A program made the position numbers and the translations under genes. The notes below the pieces were generated by a model. It was not told the DNA's origin. It saw nothing but the letters and a program-made list of their open reading frames with translations, and searched no databases. From Obrimoposthia wandeli (Eukaryota), in NCBI GenBank assembly GCA_977020255.1, contig CDROCS010001542.1, positions 124,001-188,000 on the forward strand: DNA of 64,000 nt, read 5' to 3'. Shown here piece after piece: positions 34,035-48,539 of this stretch. Within the stretch, counting starts at the first letter, position 1. Each line of letters opens with the position of its first letter.

Positions 34035-34367
34035 ATGAGTTCTAAAGGATTTTTAAAGTTTGTTACAGTAGGTGTTGCATGTATTGGTTCTGCAACAGTC
34101 GCATTTTTAGGTTATAAAAATTATTGTCTTCAATTAGAAGGACGTAAAACCAATGTAATTTCAAATGATGTACGAGTTGATGCAACGGTTGCAAGGAATT
34201 CAAATAAAGAGGATAATCTGTCTGATATAATTAGTAGAATTGATCCATCGTCTGTTTCTATCGAAGAAATGTCTTCAGTTTCAGAACTTTTAATGATGGT
34301 TACCGAGACTTCTAGGACAGATATTTTAAATTTTATTTTAGGAGTTGCATCATTTTCTCATAATATT
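34035..34367 (+). CDS. ARMC10/ARMCX-like host gene, exon 1 (N-terminal TM anchor)
   Basis: MSSKGFLKFVTVGVACIGSATVAFLGYK signal anchor; ...ILGVASFSHNI; phase-0 donor GTAATA at 34368; 41-nt intron ending tttag at 34408. Confidence 0.65.
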
Positions 34368-34408
34368 GTAATAATAATGTTAAATTACATGATTTAAATT
34401 TAATTTAG

Positions 34409-34561
34409 TCAGCCATTACGGAATCGGGATGTTTAGAAAATATGCTAACGGAAATGAACAGACTTTCAAGAGATTCGACTTCAAATGAAAACTATGTCAA
34501 GTGTCTATTTAATTGTTTGAAAACCATATCCTGTTGTGAGAGTAGTTCGTCCAAATTTCTA
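34409..34561 (+). CDS. ARMC10-like host gene, exon 2
   Basis: SAITESGCLENM...LFNCLKTISCCESSSSKFL, in phase with exon 1; donor GTGAGT at 34562. Confidence 0.65.
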
Positions 34562-35819
34562 GTGAGTGCCTTTTTGAAATTATACTTTCGATTCTATCTT
34601 TACAGTATAAGAATTTATTCTTATATTCTTTACTTTATGCTATTTATTATCCGGTAACCTTACACTTTATCACACCATCGACATATAAACAGACATGAGT
34701 TTTGTTCTGTATAACTATTTTAATTGCATTTTCATAATTTTATATTATAGAAGACATTTTGAATTTTGCTTATTAAATTAAATAAATTCTACGTTCATAG
34801 ATTAATTTTTTAGTAGTTGAAAATCGGAAAAAATTCCAATAATAAAAATAGCTGCTTGAGTCTAAATTTTATTTGTCAAACATTGGATCCAACAGATTGA
34901 TTTAGAAATGTAATTTAAATGTACCCTCATCGAATTATAGATCAACTTCATTTGTTAAAGGTGTTTGAGATTGATGTTAGTCCTCGTCTCACTGAGTGGT
35001 GATGTTTGTAGTTTAGCATTTGTGATATTAAAGTACAATCCTATAATCAAATTGTCTAATTGAAGAATTAAATACAAACACTATCATTCAAAGTTTTTGT
35101 GGTTGTTAATTTGGAGATTTGTGAATTTCTTAACTGTGAGCAATGTTGAGTATGTATGAAACCGGTCAACTTTGTTATACTATCTTTTTTACTGGTCTGA
35201 AAATAAATTCTATGCAGTTTCAGATCGGTTAATTTATTGTATCACTTTATTGTTCAATTATAATCTTTTTACTAAAAATCCATTTTTCTCTATCGGTATT
35301 CTAAATATAATTCTTTCTTTACAACTTCTTTTTGACTCAATTATTGCCACTGTCAAAATCAGATTTTTTTAAAGAAAAGTGTGCAATAAAAGTAAATGTA
35401 CAACGCATGTACAGTTATATCGTTGCCTTTTGATTATTTTTGTACACTAAAATTAAACATATCTTAATTTTTAAAATTTAGATATTTAATTGATCTTTCA
35501 TTACTTTATTTGATTAATATTAAATATATTTTTTCTTTTAAAGCTAGTATTTATTTAAAGAAAAAAAAATACTGTCTTATTTTTAGTGAATTTGAATGGT
35601 ATAAATAAGCATAAAAACCGGACAAATTCAAACACTAGACAAAACTAATTGAAACACAGCTAAAAATAATAAACAATATCATAATTATAACAGAAATGTA
35701 AAAGTATGCTTGTGTAATTCTGTAAACAGATATCCAGCCTTCATAATCGGGGTAATGTGTTAGAGAAGACAAAATGATAAATAACAGTCTACTTAAAGGT
35801 AGCGTATACTTGTTACGTA

Positions 35820-36707
35820 TTTTGGGTTTTCTAATGAAACCTGATTAGAATCCTCGTATGGTGGCCCCCAACATGAGTTCTGTAGCGATGGGGCTTACAG
35901 ATTGATGTGGCCTACCTATTCTCACTTATCTGAAGATTTTTTTATCAATCTAAAAGTTCGTAGTATTGTTTTTATTGTTTTGCAGAAACTGTGTTCAGGA
36001 TAACTGGAGGGTCCCTAAAACTATTGTTGTGTTGTGTGGTGCTGATGTATTGAGCCAGTTAGGCCGATTGAGATTTTGGATTAAAAATGGTCTGTGTTAC
36101 ACAAGACTTTGAAAATAACCAAAACTAAGCCGGAACCAATCGACTTTGACGATACTTCTCTCTATATATCAGAGTTTTGACTAGTGTCTCGTTGGTTAAT
36201 TCTCGGTCAACCTGTATGTGAGTCGTCATCAGTCTTTCTCTAATTTTTCCTATTACGGTATTGGGAATAGTCGTTAGTCTGAATTTATATTCCAAAAACA
36301 TTCGAAAACTATATTGATTAATACACTAGCTTTAAACACCAAATAAACTAAAAATTACCACGTAGCAGGGTAACATTCTACAATGGATGAACCCAATTTA
36401 TCTACTAAGAATATTACTTCAATCGATTTAAAATTTCACGACTATATTTTATGATAATTCCCTATAAAATACGCAACTATACAATTACAGATTGTTTTAA
36501 TACAATACTTTCCAATGCAATTAACTAAATACTTTTCCCAAATACAAATTACTTTAATTCAATATTTTTCAATACAAATAATTCAATATTTTCCTCACCG
36601 ATTAAAATTCCGAGCGATATTTCCAAGTATGGTGATAACCTCCGTTTAGCTTTTTTGCTCGCTCCGATCACAAAGTCAACTGAGGAAATTACTGTCCTAA
36701 TCTAACA
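35820..36707 (-). mobile_element. Older degenerate solo LTR of the same family
   Basis: ttttgggttttctaatgaaac...cctaatctaaca termini; 4-bp TSD CGTA at 35816-35819 and 36708-36711. Confidence 0.75.
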
Positions 36708-36849
36708 CGTATATGGGAACATCACTATAATTTTCAAAATACAAATCTCAAGATTTCAAATGATATATTTTTCCTATTTGACTATACTGGATATAAAGAT
36801 AAAACATTTGAACAGCAGCAACTATTTATCTTCATTAAATCTTCCCACT

Positions 36850-38000
36850 TCCACAAAGTAGTCATTCAGATATTTCTATGGATGGGTCGATTTTCATTTT
36901 AAAACAAAATCCCGACTCATCGAAAATTCCTCAAAGACCATAGTCACAAATGACAGTCTTCGGCATTGTCTTACAAAAACTTTTTTATTTTAAAGAGTAA
37001 ATTTTCTGCTTAAGTATTTTCAAAAACTTTTTTATTTTAAAGAGTAAATTTTCTGCTTAAGTATTTTCAGTAACTGATCTTTGGGAAATTTGAAAAATAG
37101 TCAATAATAATCACATAATATTTTTTCACGTACAGTAAATAAGTCTATGTCAACTTTCTCAAATTGATAATTTCCGGTGCAATGACTTTTAAATGGTTTA
37201 CCTGGCAGTTTATTTTGATAATCTCGCGTTGTTTAACAGTGTCCTCAATTTCTCAACTCGTTCCTGGCAATAATGCAATAGCCAATTGTTTCTTCACTTT
37301 ACATATAGCAACTTATTATTTCGTCCTCACCATTATTCTCTTGACAATGAATAATCAACTACAAATAGTTTCCCATGACAAAAGAAAACATTGAAGTCAT
37401 TGTCCATTAACATTCCATTTCAAAATTTTGACCATAAAGATATTTTTGGAATTTTAATGCCCCAAAATATAGAGACATTCTTTTTTTTGCATCGTTTTGC
37501 TCAGACTGGTTGAGAGGGGGACTAGAATATGCTGAAGACTTTTTCAACTTAAGCACATATTTTTACTTGATAGTGTGACCTTTTTAGGTTTCTATTTAAA
37601 TCCCGAGAATCCATACACTATTATTGCTACATTTGCTTTACGCAAAATAATTAAGCAGGACATCCATGATCTACAACGTTCTTCCTTAACCACACCTAGC
37701 CTTTCCATTCTATTAAGTTTTGGCTTACCCATTTGAATTCAAGACGGAAGTCCAATTTGTATATATATATATATATATATATATTCATTTCTTTTGACCA
37801 ACAAGCAACATTTCCCAAAATTGATTTGATTGTTCTATTATAAGCTTGAGTGAAGGCATAATTTTGGGGAGAGGAACGAAGTCTAATGTATGTGGCAAAA
37901 TTGACATTGACCTGAAACCCAGTATTTACTGTGAACATTTCCATTTTATTGTTAATAATGAGCTCAATCAACCACGTGTTTCTCTCTTCCACAATTAGTA
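36850..38000 (-). pseudogene. Highly deleted Gypsy (Mag-like) pol remnant
   Basis: Fragments in PR-RT-RH-IN order: FTVNTGFQVNV, CMDSRDLNRNLKRSHY, KECL..KFQKYLYGQNF, FEKVDIDLF. Boundaries approximate. Confidence 0.55.
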
Positions 38001-38469
38001 AAATGTATAAAATTCATCTGTACATTTATATTGAATTGACTTGTTCCTCACATTTATATTCACTTACCAATTCTACACTATGAATAATCTTACACTTGCC
38101 TACTTTTGCCTACCTTCCAATTTCTTCTTTGATCCATAAAATTTGCATTGATTTATCATGCTTGCTGAATGGCTTATTTATTTTGTAACTGCATTAATAT
38201 TGTTAGTATTAACACCCAAAGATGCATTAGTGGTCATTTGCTCTAAATGTCTTTTAGATATTTCAGCACCTCAGCATATTTCCTATGCTCTCAAGTGTGA
38301 AAGGATCAAATGTTCAACGAATGAGCCAAATAGAGTATGTAATCAGACAGTTCATTTACATTTTTGATCTAGGCTTGCATTCCTTCGTACCCCCGACATA
38401 TTTTGTCCCCTACATAGTTAAATGTTCACCTGTGTAACTTGATATGTTGATAAAAGAAGGAAAACGTTC

Positions 38470-39250
38470 AACAGGAACTAGAGATAAAACATGTCATAAA
38501 ATGATAGTAATCTGGAAATGAGTTCTTTTAATTTCTTCTATAATGATTTCCAGTGTTTTATTTCCATAAGGAACATCTGGATTGCATCAGTAATTGTATT
38601 TGACAACTAAGGAGTGTGTCCTTTCCTTGATTTGTTTCGATAGAAATGATCAAATTTGAAGATTAATCACAAATGCTAAACCATCTTCAGCAATAAATAT
38701 AATTGTTTCAACTACATGTTGAAAACATTTTTCAGTATGTGTTTTTAAAAAGTGACTTTCTGATTCAGTATCAATTCTTACATATTTATTTCGTTTTGCA
38801 TTATATATACCAACAGCAAAAGTATGCTGTCCACTTGTAGCATGTAAAGGGATGTATGTAGAATTATGAATAATCCTGCCTTTATGAAATTGTCCTTTCT
38901 TATCTCCTGACATAGACAACAGTAGTTTGAAACATTGTTTGAAGATGTTAAATAAAGCAGCCAGTCATGCTTACACATCTGCTTGTTCAGAATAGTTTAA
39001 CATAGATTTGTTTAGGTTTCGCCTTTGTTTGCTGTAATCACGCTTTGAAGTAGAAAAATCAGCATCCAATGCTGGTTTTATTCTGGTTCTTTTTCACACC
39101 AGTATGTATCATACGATCATACGAAAATTGTTTACTTTGAAATTTGACCTCAAGTGGTTCGTCAAAAGTTGGCTTAGGTGTAAGGAATGTTCCTGAGACA
39201 CGGGGAATATTTGTATCTGCTACTGTATCAGTCTCTCCATCTGGAGAGTG
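38470..39250 (-). pseudogene. hAT (ZMYM1/TTF-zinc-finger type) transposase remnant
   Basis: HDWLLYLTSSNNVSNYCCLC..FIKAG (TTF-like finger), VVETIIFIAEDGLAF, IIEEIK..F.I; many lesions. Confidence 0.5.
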
Positions 39251-39782
39251 GTTGGGTTTTGCTATAAAATATTAAAATATAAATGGTTCAGTTAAATTCA
39301 CTTTCCTTTTTTTCTGTTTAACTTCTTAAAATTCTCCCGTATTCTTGGGTATCTAGATGTATATTTAGGTTAAAATAAAAATGAGAATTTTTGTATGTAA
39401 TCGGTATACGTAGATTTTCAGTCAGATAAGTTATATATTTCCAGACATTAAAAAGTCAAATTCAATCAATTAAAATAATTATATTTGACTTACATAATGA
39501 ATAGTCATTAACGATATATTATTTACTCGTGCACAGTTTGCACTACAAGGTTGGCTTGCCAAGCTACACTGTTTTGAGAAATCTTGACATAACGTTATTA
39601 GCCTACTCGTTAATCCAGCTCTGCTATATTTGGAAAATTTTACTTGTTACCAAAAATCAAAATAAGTTTGCATAATATTACTTTCTAAATGCATTATATT
39701 GTAGATATTAGGTTTAAAACATTGTTAGGTAATAAAATAATAATACAAATTGGTATTAAAAACATGTACAAATAGGTAAAAG

Positions 39783-40200
39783 TTATTCATAAGAATCACA
39801 AGCCTCAATTAAATTTCTCTCTACTTTCCCAATGCTATCATCATAGAACAAGACGTCATCGTTGGCCTCTTCATTGGGTATCAATTTGTCAATTTCATCC
39901 TCCCAGAAAGCATCGTCTTGTGTACCATCTCTAGTATTGCTGAAACAACACTTCATAAGCCCTCTACGAATGACGCCCAATGATCCATTCCCGCAGCTTT
40001 GTCTCCAGAGGTATGTGTGAGGCTGTTTCATCTGTTTGCACAATTTGATCTAGGAGCTTTTCTTACTCTCTTGGGTTTTTTATCATTCTCTAATATTTGT
40101 TTCCTCAATGCTCAAGTGACGGGAATCAGCTATGTTTCCATGCTCTTCTATAAATTTTACCACTGCTTACTAACACCGTTGACTCATGCCAACTCTGTTT
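39783..40200 (-). pseudogene. Internally deleted pogo-like transposase remnant
   Basis: N-terminal VVKFIEEHGNIA.SRHLSIEETNIRE (Brinker-type HTH) close to C-terminal KCCFSNTRDGTQDDAFWE. Confidence 0.55.
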
Positions 40201-41129
40201 CTTATGAAGATATGCTAATGGAATACTGCTGTTGATATTTTATTTCAGTGAATTATTATATCCTATTTGAATATCTCTGTAAGTTAATGTGCCGTGAATC
40301 AATGAATGTGAGTATCCATTGATAATTTAGTCAAAACATCGACTAGGTACCTACAACAATTTGTTTATGAGCTAAGAAATCACTTTCTACATTGATAGCC
40401 TTGCTATTTGGAGAGAAAGATACGCATACATCAATAACCACTGTCACACGTAAAAATTCTTCAATAATTACCCATGACATGAAGTTGAGTACGCCGTTGT
40501 ACGCAAATGTAAAAAATACAAACATTTTTTGTTTTTCTATGAACGAATTGCCAGTCTTTTATCCTTATTTCTTCTTAAATTAAATGAAATCATGAGCTTC
40601 AGATTTTAGTATTTTATACATATAGGAAGGTGGTCTTAAATTAAAACTTGTTTTAATCATTAAAATTACTTTATAATCTATTCGAGGATGTATCGGAAGC
40701 CAAAGCAGCTCAAACAAATAACTTTTCAGTCATCTTTGTGTTGTAGATAAATGAAAGAGGAGCATCCTTGTCTCATTCATTAAAACCTGTAATTGATCAG
40801 AGTAAATTTTATAACAGTGAGTTGTGAAAGTCAAGTTTAGAATGGAAATGGCATTCATAATCTTTTGATAAACATTTCCTGCTTATACCTATTTTTCGTA
40901 TTTGGTAGTTACAGCTTCTAGCAATATTGTTAACTAGTTGATTCTGCTAACAATCATTTATTCTATAAATGTAAAAAATATAAATTTAAAACTAAATTAC
41001 TTTTGACACGTAATTACTTTATATAGCACAATCAAACTAGGCCCCATTGGCCAATCCAATTCAATCCAATACTCACACTTATCGTTATTGATACATACAT
41101 TAAATTCTTGTAGTCTGATTTGTACTTAC

Positions 41130-42180
41130 TTTAGATACATATCATGTTGTGTGTTCGCAAAAATTAAAATATCATATACATAGCATAAAACACCTTCTAA
41201 TCCTGTGAGAACATGCTCCATGCATTTATGGAACACATCAGGCGCTGAGCTTAGTCCAAAAGGCAATCGTTTATACCAGTATCATCCAAACGGAGAACAA
41301 AATACCACAAATTTTCGCCTTTTATTTAACAATACCTGGTAATAACCTTTCTTGGCATCAAGCACCGAACATATTTTTGCGCCATTTAATCTCACCATGA
41401 CTTCCTGATACGATGGGATCTGGAATGGTTTTCGTTTTACCGCTGTATTGAGATGCCTAAAGTCAATACATAATCGAATGTCGCCATTTTCTTGACAATG
41501 GGTACTAATGGCAAACACCACTCATAGATATCTACTTCTTCAAAAATATCTGCCTCCAATAATTTCTATCTTCACTTTGTCCTTTACTGCCGGTACTATC
41601 CTTCTCGGTATACAGCATTTTGGTATCATACCCTGAATCCTATATGATATATTTTTCACATCTAATACTTGATATTCATGTTCATTTAAAGAAATTGACC
41701 ACATGGGCATGATAACAAGATTTAAAGCTAGACATATCTCAACACTTATTAAAATTTTATCATTAATAATATCTACCCCATCAAATATAGCTTCAATACA
41801 TTTATCTCTAAACTGTACCTTAAAAACATTAGATCCTAGTATTTTTAAATTTGAGTTATTATAAGTTGACAAACGTAAATTTACATGCGTATTCGTTAAT
41901 ATTTTTATTGGCCTTTTGCCTTATGTTAAAAAATAATTTGCGTGTTAATAATATTGACGTACTATCCGGAAAATATTCTTGGAACCTCTCAAAAGCATCT
42001 TTATAGGTATTTTGGGCTCCTTGAGACTATCAAATATTTGTAACCCATCTTTCCCTAATGCATTTAAAAAAAGACCAACATTTTTTCTTCCTTTTTTAAT
42101 GTCATTTAAGACCTTGGTGTTTTCAAACGCCCTACTAAAATGTTTAAAATCATCTCTTTTGGGATTTGTTACGAGCATGG
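41130..42180 (-). pseudogene. Degenerate Gypsy (Mag-like) gag-pol remnant
   Basis: LFLNALGKDGLQIFDSL (gag), IRLCIDFRHLNTAVKR, LDAKKGYYQV, KRLPFGLSSAPDVF. Confidence 0.75.
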
Positions 42181-42476
42181 GGAATATGCAATTTAATCTC
42201 GTTATTTAATCTAATTTTATCCTAATATGAAGATAAAGTCTACTAAAATTCACTTAATTTATACTACCATTTTTATTCACGCAGGGAGATACGCATTTAA
42301 AAATGGGATAATGGACTTTTTTGTCACTTTAAATCACCCTTATTATCTAATAATATGTAAAGATATTATTCACTCATACAATATCAACTATGACTATATA
42401 TAAATAAATTACTTCACAAAGTAGTTGAGTTTTCCTTGAATTAGAGGGTTATCTTCTCTAGAGTTCCAATTGCATT

Positions 42477-42730
42477 TGTTGGGGTTTCTATATGAAATGC
42501 TTTTATTCAGATAGATCCTCGTATGGAGGCCCCCGACGTAAGTTTTGTAGCGATAGGGCTTACAGCTGTTTGTGGCCTACCTATTATATTACAAAATTCG
42601 AGTCTCAATCTGAAGGTTTTCTTTTTATGTTTTGGTCTGAGTGATGTATAAAGAGTTGTGTGCAATATAACTGGGAGGGCCTTAAAACTAATGTAGTGTG
42701 GTGTAGGTTTAGAGTAGTTTGAATTTAAGT
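42477..42730 (-). mobile_element. Truncated LTR end (U5) of the same family
   Basis: tgttggggtttctatatgaaa...gtggcctacctatt, closest to the 35820 copy; other terminus not found. Confidence 0.65.
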
Positions 42731-43749
42731 TTATAGAACGTCTGGTAAAAAAACTTAAACTAATTTCCAAAGAAAATAAAACTTTATGCAAAAATATCTT
42801 CGGTATTTTCTCTTAAATAATGATATTATTCCTTGATCTAAAGGTCGTATAATATAAGTTTTATTAAAAGGTATACAACATAATTTCACGTAATTTCTAA
42901 ATCGACACGAACGGTGAAATTATCTAACAAGAGTAATATTTTTCAATTTTGGTTAGAAATTTCTGCACATTTGATACCTAACCCGAAAGACAACTCTAAA
43001 AATAATATTTTGCGACAGCCTAATTTACATTCTTATGTAATGAGAAACATGAAGTCTCGCATTAGTATGTTCGTCAATTAAGGTTCGTTCAAACATACGA
43101 TTCTCGGTCAGAATATTTGCATCATATCTATACTAAATATTAATTCTTTATCAGGGTAATCTTTTGTTGAATCGTTTTGGTATTCGTGAGCCTTCTGGCA
43201 ATTAAATGTCAATAAAATTGTTGTATATTGGGTGAATAATGTCTACATAACTGCATCCGTATTGACAACTTATGAGTTACCCATTTGTCTTGAACTGATT
43301 TTAGCTTTGTCTTCAGTGGTATCAGATAAAATTCTTTGGTTTGTATTAAAGATCTCAGCAAGTTCATAATAAGTTAATAATTTGTAATTTGATAATTCAT
43401 CTGCTACAAGACAGATCAAATCTAATCTAATTTGTGACTGAGTAGTGACCACTTCCATCTATTCTTTCAAAGATTTCCAGAGTTTCAATTCTAAATTCTG
43501 AAATAAACTGCTGGGACCCTCCTGCCATTATACGATCTTTTAAAATAACCGGAGCACACTGTTTTATTTCAGTTTAACTTGCGGTACCATTTCATTCTAG
43601 CCTTGCCCATATAATAATAACACTGCGTATTTTCATTATAAAGTACAGTTTGCATTCACATAGCGGAGTAAACTGACACACATAGCGGAGTAAACTGACA
43701 CACCTAATGAGGTAAATTGACACACCACGAAACAACAAATATCAATATC

Positions 43750-44130
43750 ATCAATTACTGTACAATATCAACCATGAAATTTAATACTTACATACTCAAA
43801 ATACTTACCAAAAGAAACCTTCCAAAGCTTCCATCTTTAAATTGCGGTTTTGGATTCTTTAATTGTTCAAAAAGAAGTCGAAGGAGAATGTATATATTCA
43901 GATTCATTTGCCACAAGCCATCAATAAACGAAGGAAATACCTGAACAAATGATATTTGAATTTACAAATGTGCAACTTTAGAATAATTTTAATAAATCTG
44001 AAAACCCTAATTAGCGCATTAATTTCTTTTAATATTTTCATAACAATCACCATTCTTTGAATATACATAAAATTAAAAGATACTTTTCTACCACAAATGT
44101 TTCTTATCAAAACATTGACTACTAAATATA
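43750..44130 (-). repeat. ~380-bp segment present again in inverted orientation at 52935-53310
   Basis: Direct comparison with the reverse complement shows high identity with small indels. Confidence 0.85.
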
Positions 44131-46038
44131 TTCGGTTTAATAATGTCACGCTATTGCTAAACACAAAGGTTTGTACAATCCTAATGTAAATAAGGTTCTC
44201 TCTTAATTCAATGTTGAAGAGACCGAATAAATAATATTGAGTTTCGCGTTAAGAGGGCAGTAGAATATGTATAGTAAAATAAGAGATAAAACGATATATT
44301 TATAAATAATTTGATATTTTTGTCTGTTTGAACTGTTTCTGATTTTTTTTCTTGAATATTTATGATATATACAATCAAGCGAGTTATGTCCTGCAGATTA
44401 TCTGCATTCTGAGTTTGAGGCCTGACAAAGCTTCGCTTTTCGAATAAATATTCATTTCAACTTCTTCGCTCTCCAACTCATCTTCTACATTTTGCATTTT
44501 CTCATTCATATTATTTTTATGATTAAGTCAGATGCTGTATCAGTAGATAAAAAACCAAGAAATTATGAAATCAAATTACTAGAGCTTTATCTATTTGTGG
44601 ATATTTAGAATATTTAATTTTTCACATTTAACTCAGACTAAAAACATTTTAAAAATAATTACCAGAATATTTGACGGATTTTTCTTCTTTTACAATATAT
44701 ATTACTGCAAAATATTTCGTTTCCAAAGACATCGAATTTTAATTTTTGCTTCGTGTCAGATATTCAATTAGTGGATAATCATCTTGGGACTTATTTAGGA
44801 AATTGCAACGTTTTAAAATTATTGAAAATGTATAATTATTTGAAATCAAATCATAAATGTTAAAATATCGAATTAAGTGATTAAATTTGAAAATAATCAA
44901 TACAAATAATCGTAGGCGATATCAACTTATCCGGGGTTTCTTTAAATACTAAAATTATAGTCCAAACAAGTTCCTAAAATTACATCGAGTTTACGGATAA
45001 ATCAAGTTAAGTGGGGAATTCTGTACCTAGATTGTTAAAGTGGCTTGTCTGTAGTGTGCGTTCTTTAGTACAGATCTGGCTGGTATGACTTGTCTGTACT
45101 GCCTATATGAGGGTTGTCTTTACTTTTTCTCTGCACTGGTGCACAATAGATCAGAGAATGGCTAAAAATGAAAAAATATTTGACGATTCTCTAACAATCA
45201 CATTAAATTTGAATAATTTTTATAATATATATCGTAAAACTGTAATTTCTTGATTAAATATTTTCCAAACACCTATCTAAATAATAGTCTCCGACAATGC
45301 AGTAATGTCATAGTTGTGCAAAAAATATTGCTTTTTCTAAACAATATTTCCTACATGTATAAAAACATTTGTTTTAACACAACCTTTGTGTATTTTGCTA
45401 TGTTAATGTTTTGTTAATGAAAACAATTACATAAATTATTTTACATTTTGCTTATTGTTTATTATTTATAAATAATTAAGCTTAATATATTCAATTTTTG
45501 GTTCTGAAAGTTATTTGAAATGGTTAAAAACACTTTTAATAATAATATATTTTGTTTTCATAAATGACTGATAAAATTTAAGTAATTTATACTGAGCCGA
45601 GCCCTTCATAACCAATGGAGTATCTTGAGGATAATTTTGTCTGAGATACATTGACTAAGATAACCTTTATTTGTAATCTTTCGCAATCGATTTTCTAATA
45701 ATTCCTAATTTTTCCTAATTATACATTTAACTATAGAAACTCAACACAAGTGATGAACCACTTTAAAATATAACCCAAAGACCTCTCTCTGTAAAAGCAC
45801 AAGTGAGAAACAAATATTTTCAACATTTTCGAGAAAGATGTGCACGTAAATGAGCAGAATTAAAACTAACAGTGACTTGATTATTAGGATTTTGGTTACT
45901 TCTGATACTGTTACTTCCAACTGAAGTTCAATTAAATGTTCTGATTTTTGATATTTATTTTGTATAATATTCATGTTGGGACCAGAGTTGTACACTTCTT
46001 AAGAAAGGGTCTGGTTATTTAGAGTAATATGACTTGTA

Positions 46039-47625
46039 CAGTATACGCCAAAATTAATGCACATTTTGTTAAAAAAAATAAAAATATGATTTTATAATTA
46101 TAAGTATATTTTATTTTCAAATTTTATCAAGAAATTTTATTATATGTAACTTAATAAAGTTATTAAATAATTATTAGTAGTTATATAATAATATTTCATT
46201 TAATAATTTTAGGTTATTTGTTTCACTATAATCTGAATGACGTCATAAAAAACCCACAAAACTTTATAAATAACAAAAATGAATTATGCAATTACATATA
46301 TTACAAAATTTGCATAATACAACAATGAAAATCAATATATATTAATACTTATTCACCTTTATTTGATAAAATTGTAGCAATTCTCAATGGTAGACTTTTA
46401 TATAATTTATCAATTACATTTAGAGAAACATTATGGAATTCTTCATTTACAATTGCTTTCAAGTGAATTAAATTTCTTGGATATCTCTTTCTAACTGAGT
46501 CTTTTACAATGCTCCAAACATTTTCAATCACATTAATGTCTGGAGATCTTGGAGGGTAATTTTCAACTATTCTTATATTGTGGTTATTAAAGAATTGCCT
46601 CGTATAGCGAGATGTATGACTTGAGGCGTTATCTTGAAGCATTATATTATTACCAAAATCATATAAATAATGTTCATTTAATAAATTGCAATAAGAAATG
46701 CTATTAATCCGAGATCCAGTAGGTACAATTATTCTCCTGCCGTCAGAACAAATACAACCCCAGAACATAATGCCTTTTTTCTCCTGATAACGAAATTTTA
46801 TGCAATATTTTAAACGATTTCTTAGCCCAATGGGTCTCCTAACATACATTATTCTTTTAGATTCTAATTCGAATCGTACTTCATCAGTGAAATTTATATT
46901 TTTCCAAGTATCTAAATTCCAATTGTTGACACTTTTACAAAAGTCTATTCGTTTCTTTCGCGATGCTTTAGTTTGGAGATTAATCCTTTTAGCTATGCGC
47001 CCAAAAAGTTTCATTCTGTTGAGTTAACGCTGCATTGATCGAATTGATATGATATCGGTCAGATTAGCTCTTCTTCTTACATCATTCGCACTCAGGAATG
47101 GCTCGTGATTCGTAATTCGCTTTACCATAAGCTTTTGAAACCTTGTAAGCTTCTGTTTTCGACCTCTCTCTTTCTTTTCATCCATATAATTTGGATTATT
47201 TAATCTTTGAACCAATCTTGAAATGGTAGTATGGCTCCTACCAAAGATTAAACCGATATGTGTAAACGTGCGCCCCTCGTTTACCAAATTAATTATAGCA
47301 TTAGTTTCTTCTTTTGTCAATTGTTTCGACATGGTTAATTTCAATTTGACCTATAATAAATATGATTAATTATAAAGATATGCAATAATACCTAATAATT
47401 TGAATTGTGCGTTTTTTATGACGTCATTCAGATTATAGTGAAACAAATAACCTAAAATTATTAAATGAAATATTATTATATAACTACTAATAATTATTTA
47501 ATAACTTTATTAAGTTACATATAATAAAATTTCTTGATAAAATTTGAAATTAAAATATACTTATAATTATAAAATCATATTTTTATTTTTTTTAACAAAA
47601 TGTGCATTAATTTTGGCGTATACTA
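46039..47625 (-). mobile_element. Tc1-like DNA transposon with ~215-bp TIRs
   Basis: TIRs 46039-46253 and 47411-47625 (CAGTATACGCCAAAATT...); TA on both sides; last base of right TIR is G>A. Confidence 0.93.
46349..47332 (-). pseudogene. Tc1-like transposase (327 codons) with one premature TAA at 47024-47026
   Basis: HTH with GRK linker; FTDE, QDNA, SPDINVIENVW; the two track ORFs are in the same frame, 9 nt apart. Confidence 0.92.
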
Positions 47626-48539
47626 TATGTAAAAATATCTGAAGGTAATCTATTTTACTGGGACAAATTTCTTAAGGTTACTTTGTGTATTTGGATTTTT
47701 TTATTTGTATATCAGACAATAATTCACTTGGGCGTTAGTTCTCTCTTCTTTAATGGTCTTTACTTAATCTGAGACACAATTGTGTGAAGAGTTACTTATG
47801 TAGAGTATTGGCCATCCTTTAGACATATAGGAGTCAGAATTGAGTCCCTTCGACACTATCGGTTTATAATTACTATGAACTGTAAAACAAACCACTTTAT
47901 CTCCGTTTACAGTAAATATGAAGTTACTAGTAATGCCTTATTTCAAACGAACTTTTGCTTCATAATATAACACTTTAAAATATCAAAATATTTTTGAGGA
48001 CAGAATAAATAAACAAATTACTCGTTAATTAACAGACAAAAAAATATAATAAATTGGTTTTTAGAATTGTCTTAAGAAAATTTATTTATTATATACATAA
48101 CATAAAATATATAATTTATCCATAATTATGGCTGCTCCTAAAGTGAAAAAAAGAGGCTTGGATAGCCATCAGCCTAAAAACAAAATTAGAGGTATTAAAT
48201 CGTTTTAGACAATGAGAACATGCAGTCGATATAGCAAGTATATTAGGCCCACCTTCTACTACTGTTGTAAAATAAAGGTTTCTGTTGAAGCAGTGCTCCT
48301 AGAAATTCCCTAGAATTTCTAAACGACGCAATAAATTATTGGAAGATATGAAACATAAATAAACGTATGGATAGAGAATAAAAATCAATTTCTTCCTGCT
48401 TGAGTATCTTTGGTGTGTCAGCTCTTCCTGTACATTTACGCGTCACACTTGACTCTAATTTCTTTATGTTCATGTACAAGTCTCAACAATCTACGGGTTT
48501 TTCTCACACTGTGTTCAGATTGATTTTGAATTTTATCTT

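Noticed and set aside
37400-37445. MVKILKWNVNG on the minus strand as a LINE AP-endonuclease start
   Set aside because: The overlapping frame reads KFQKYLYGQNF, the Gypsy RNase H motif, in correct order with neighbouring PR/RT/IN fragments.
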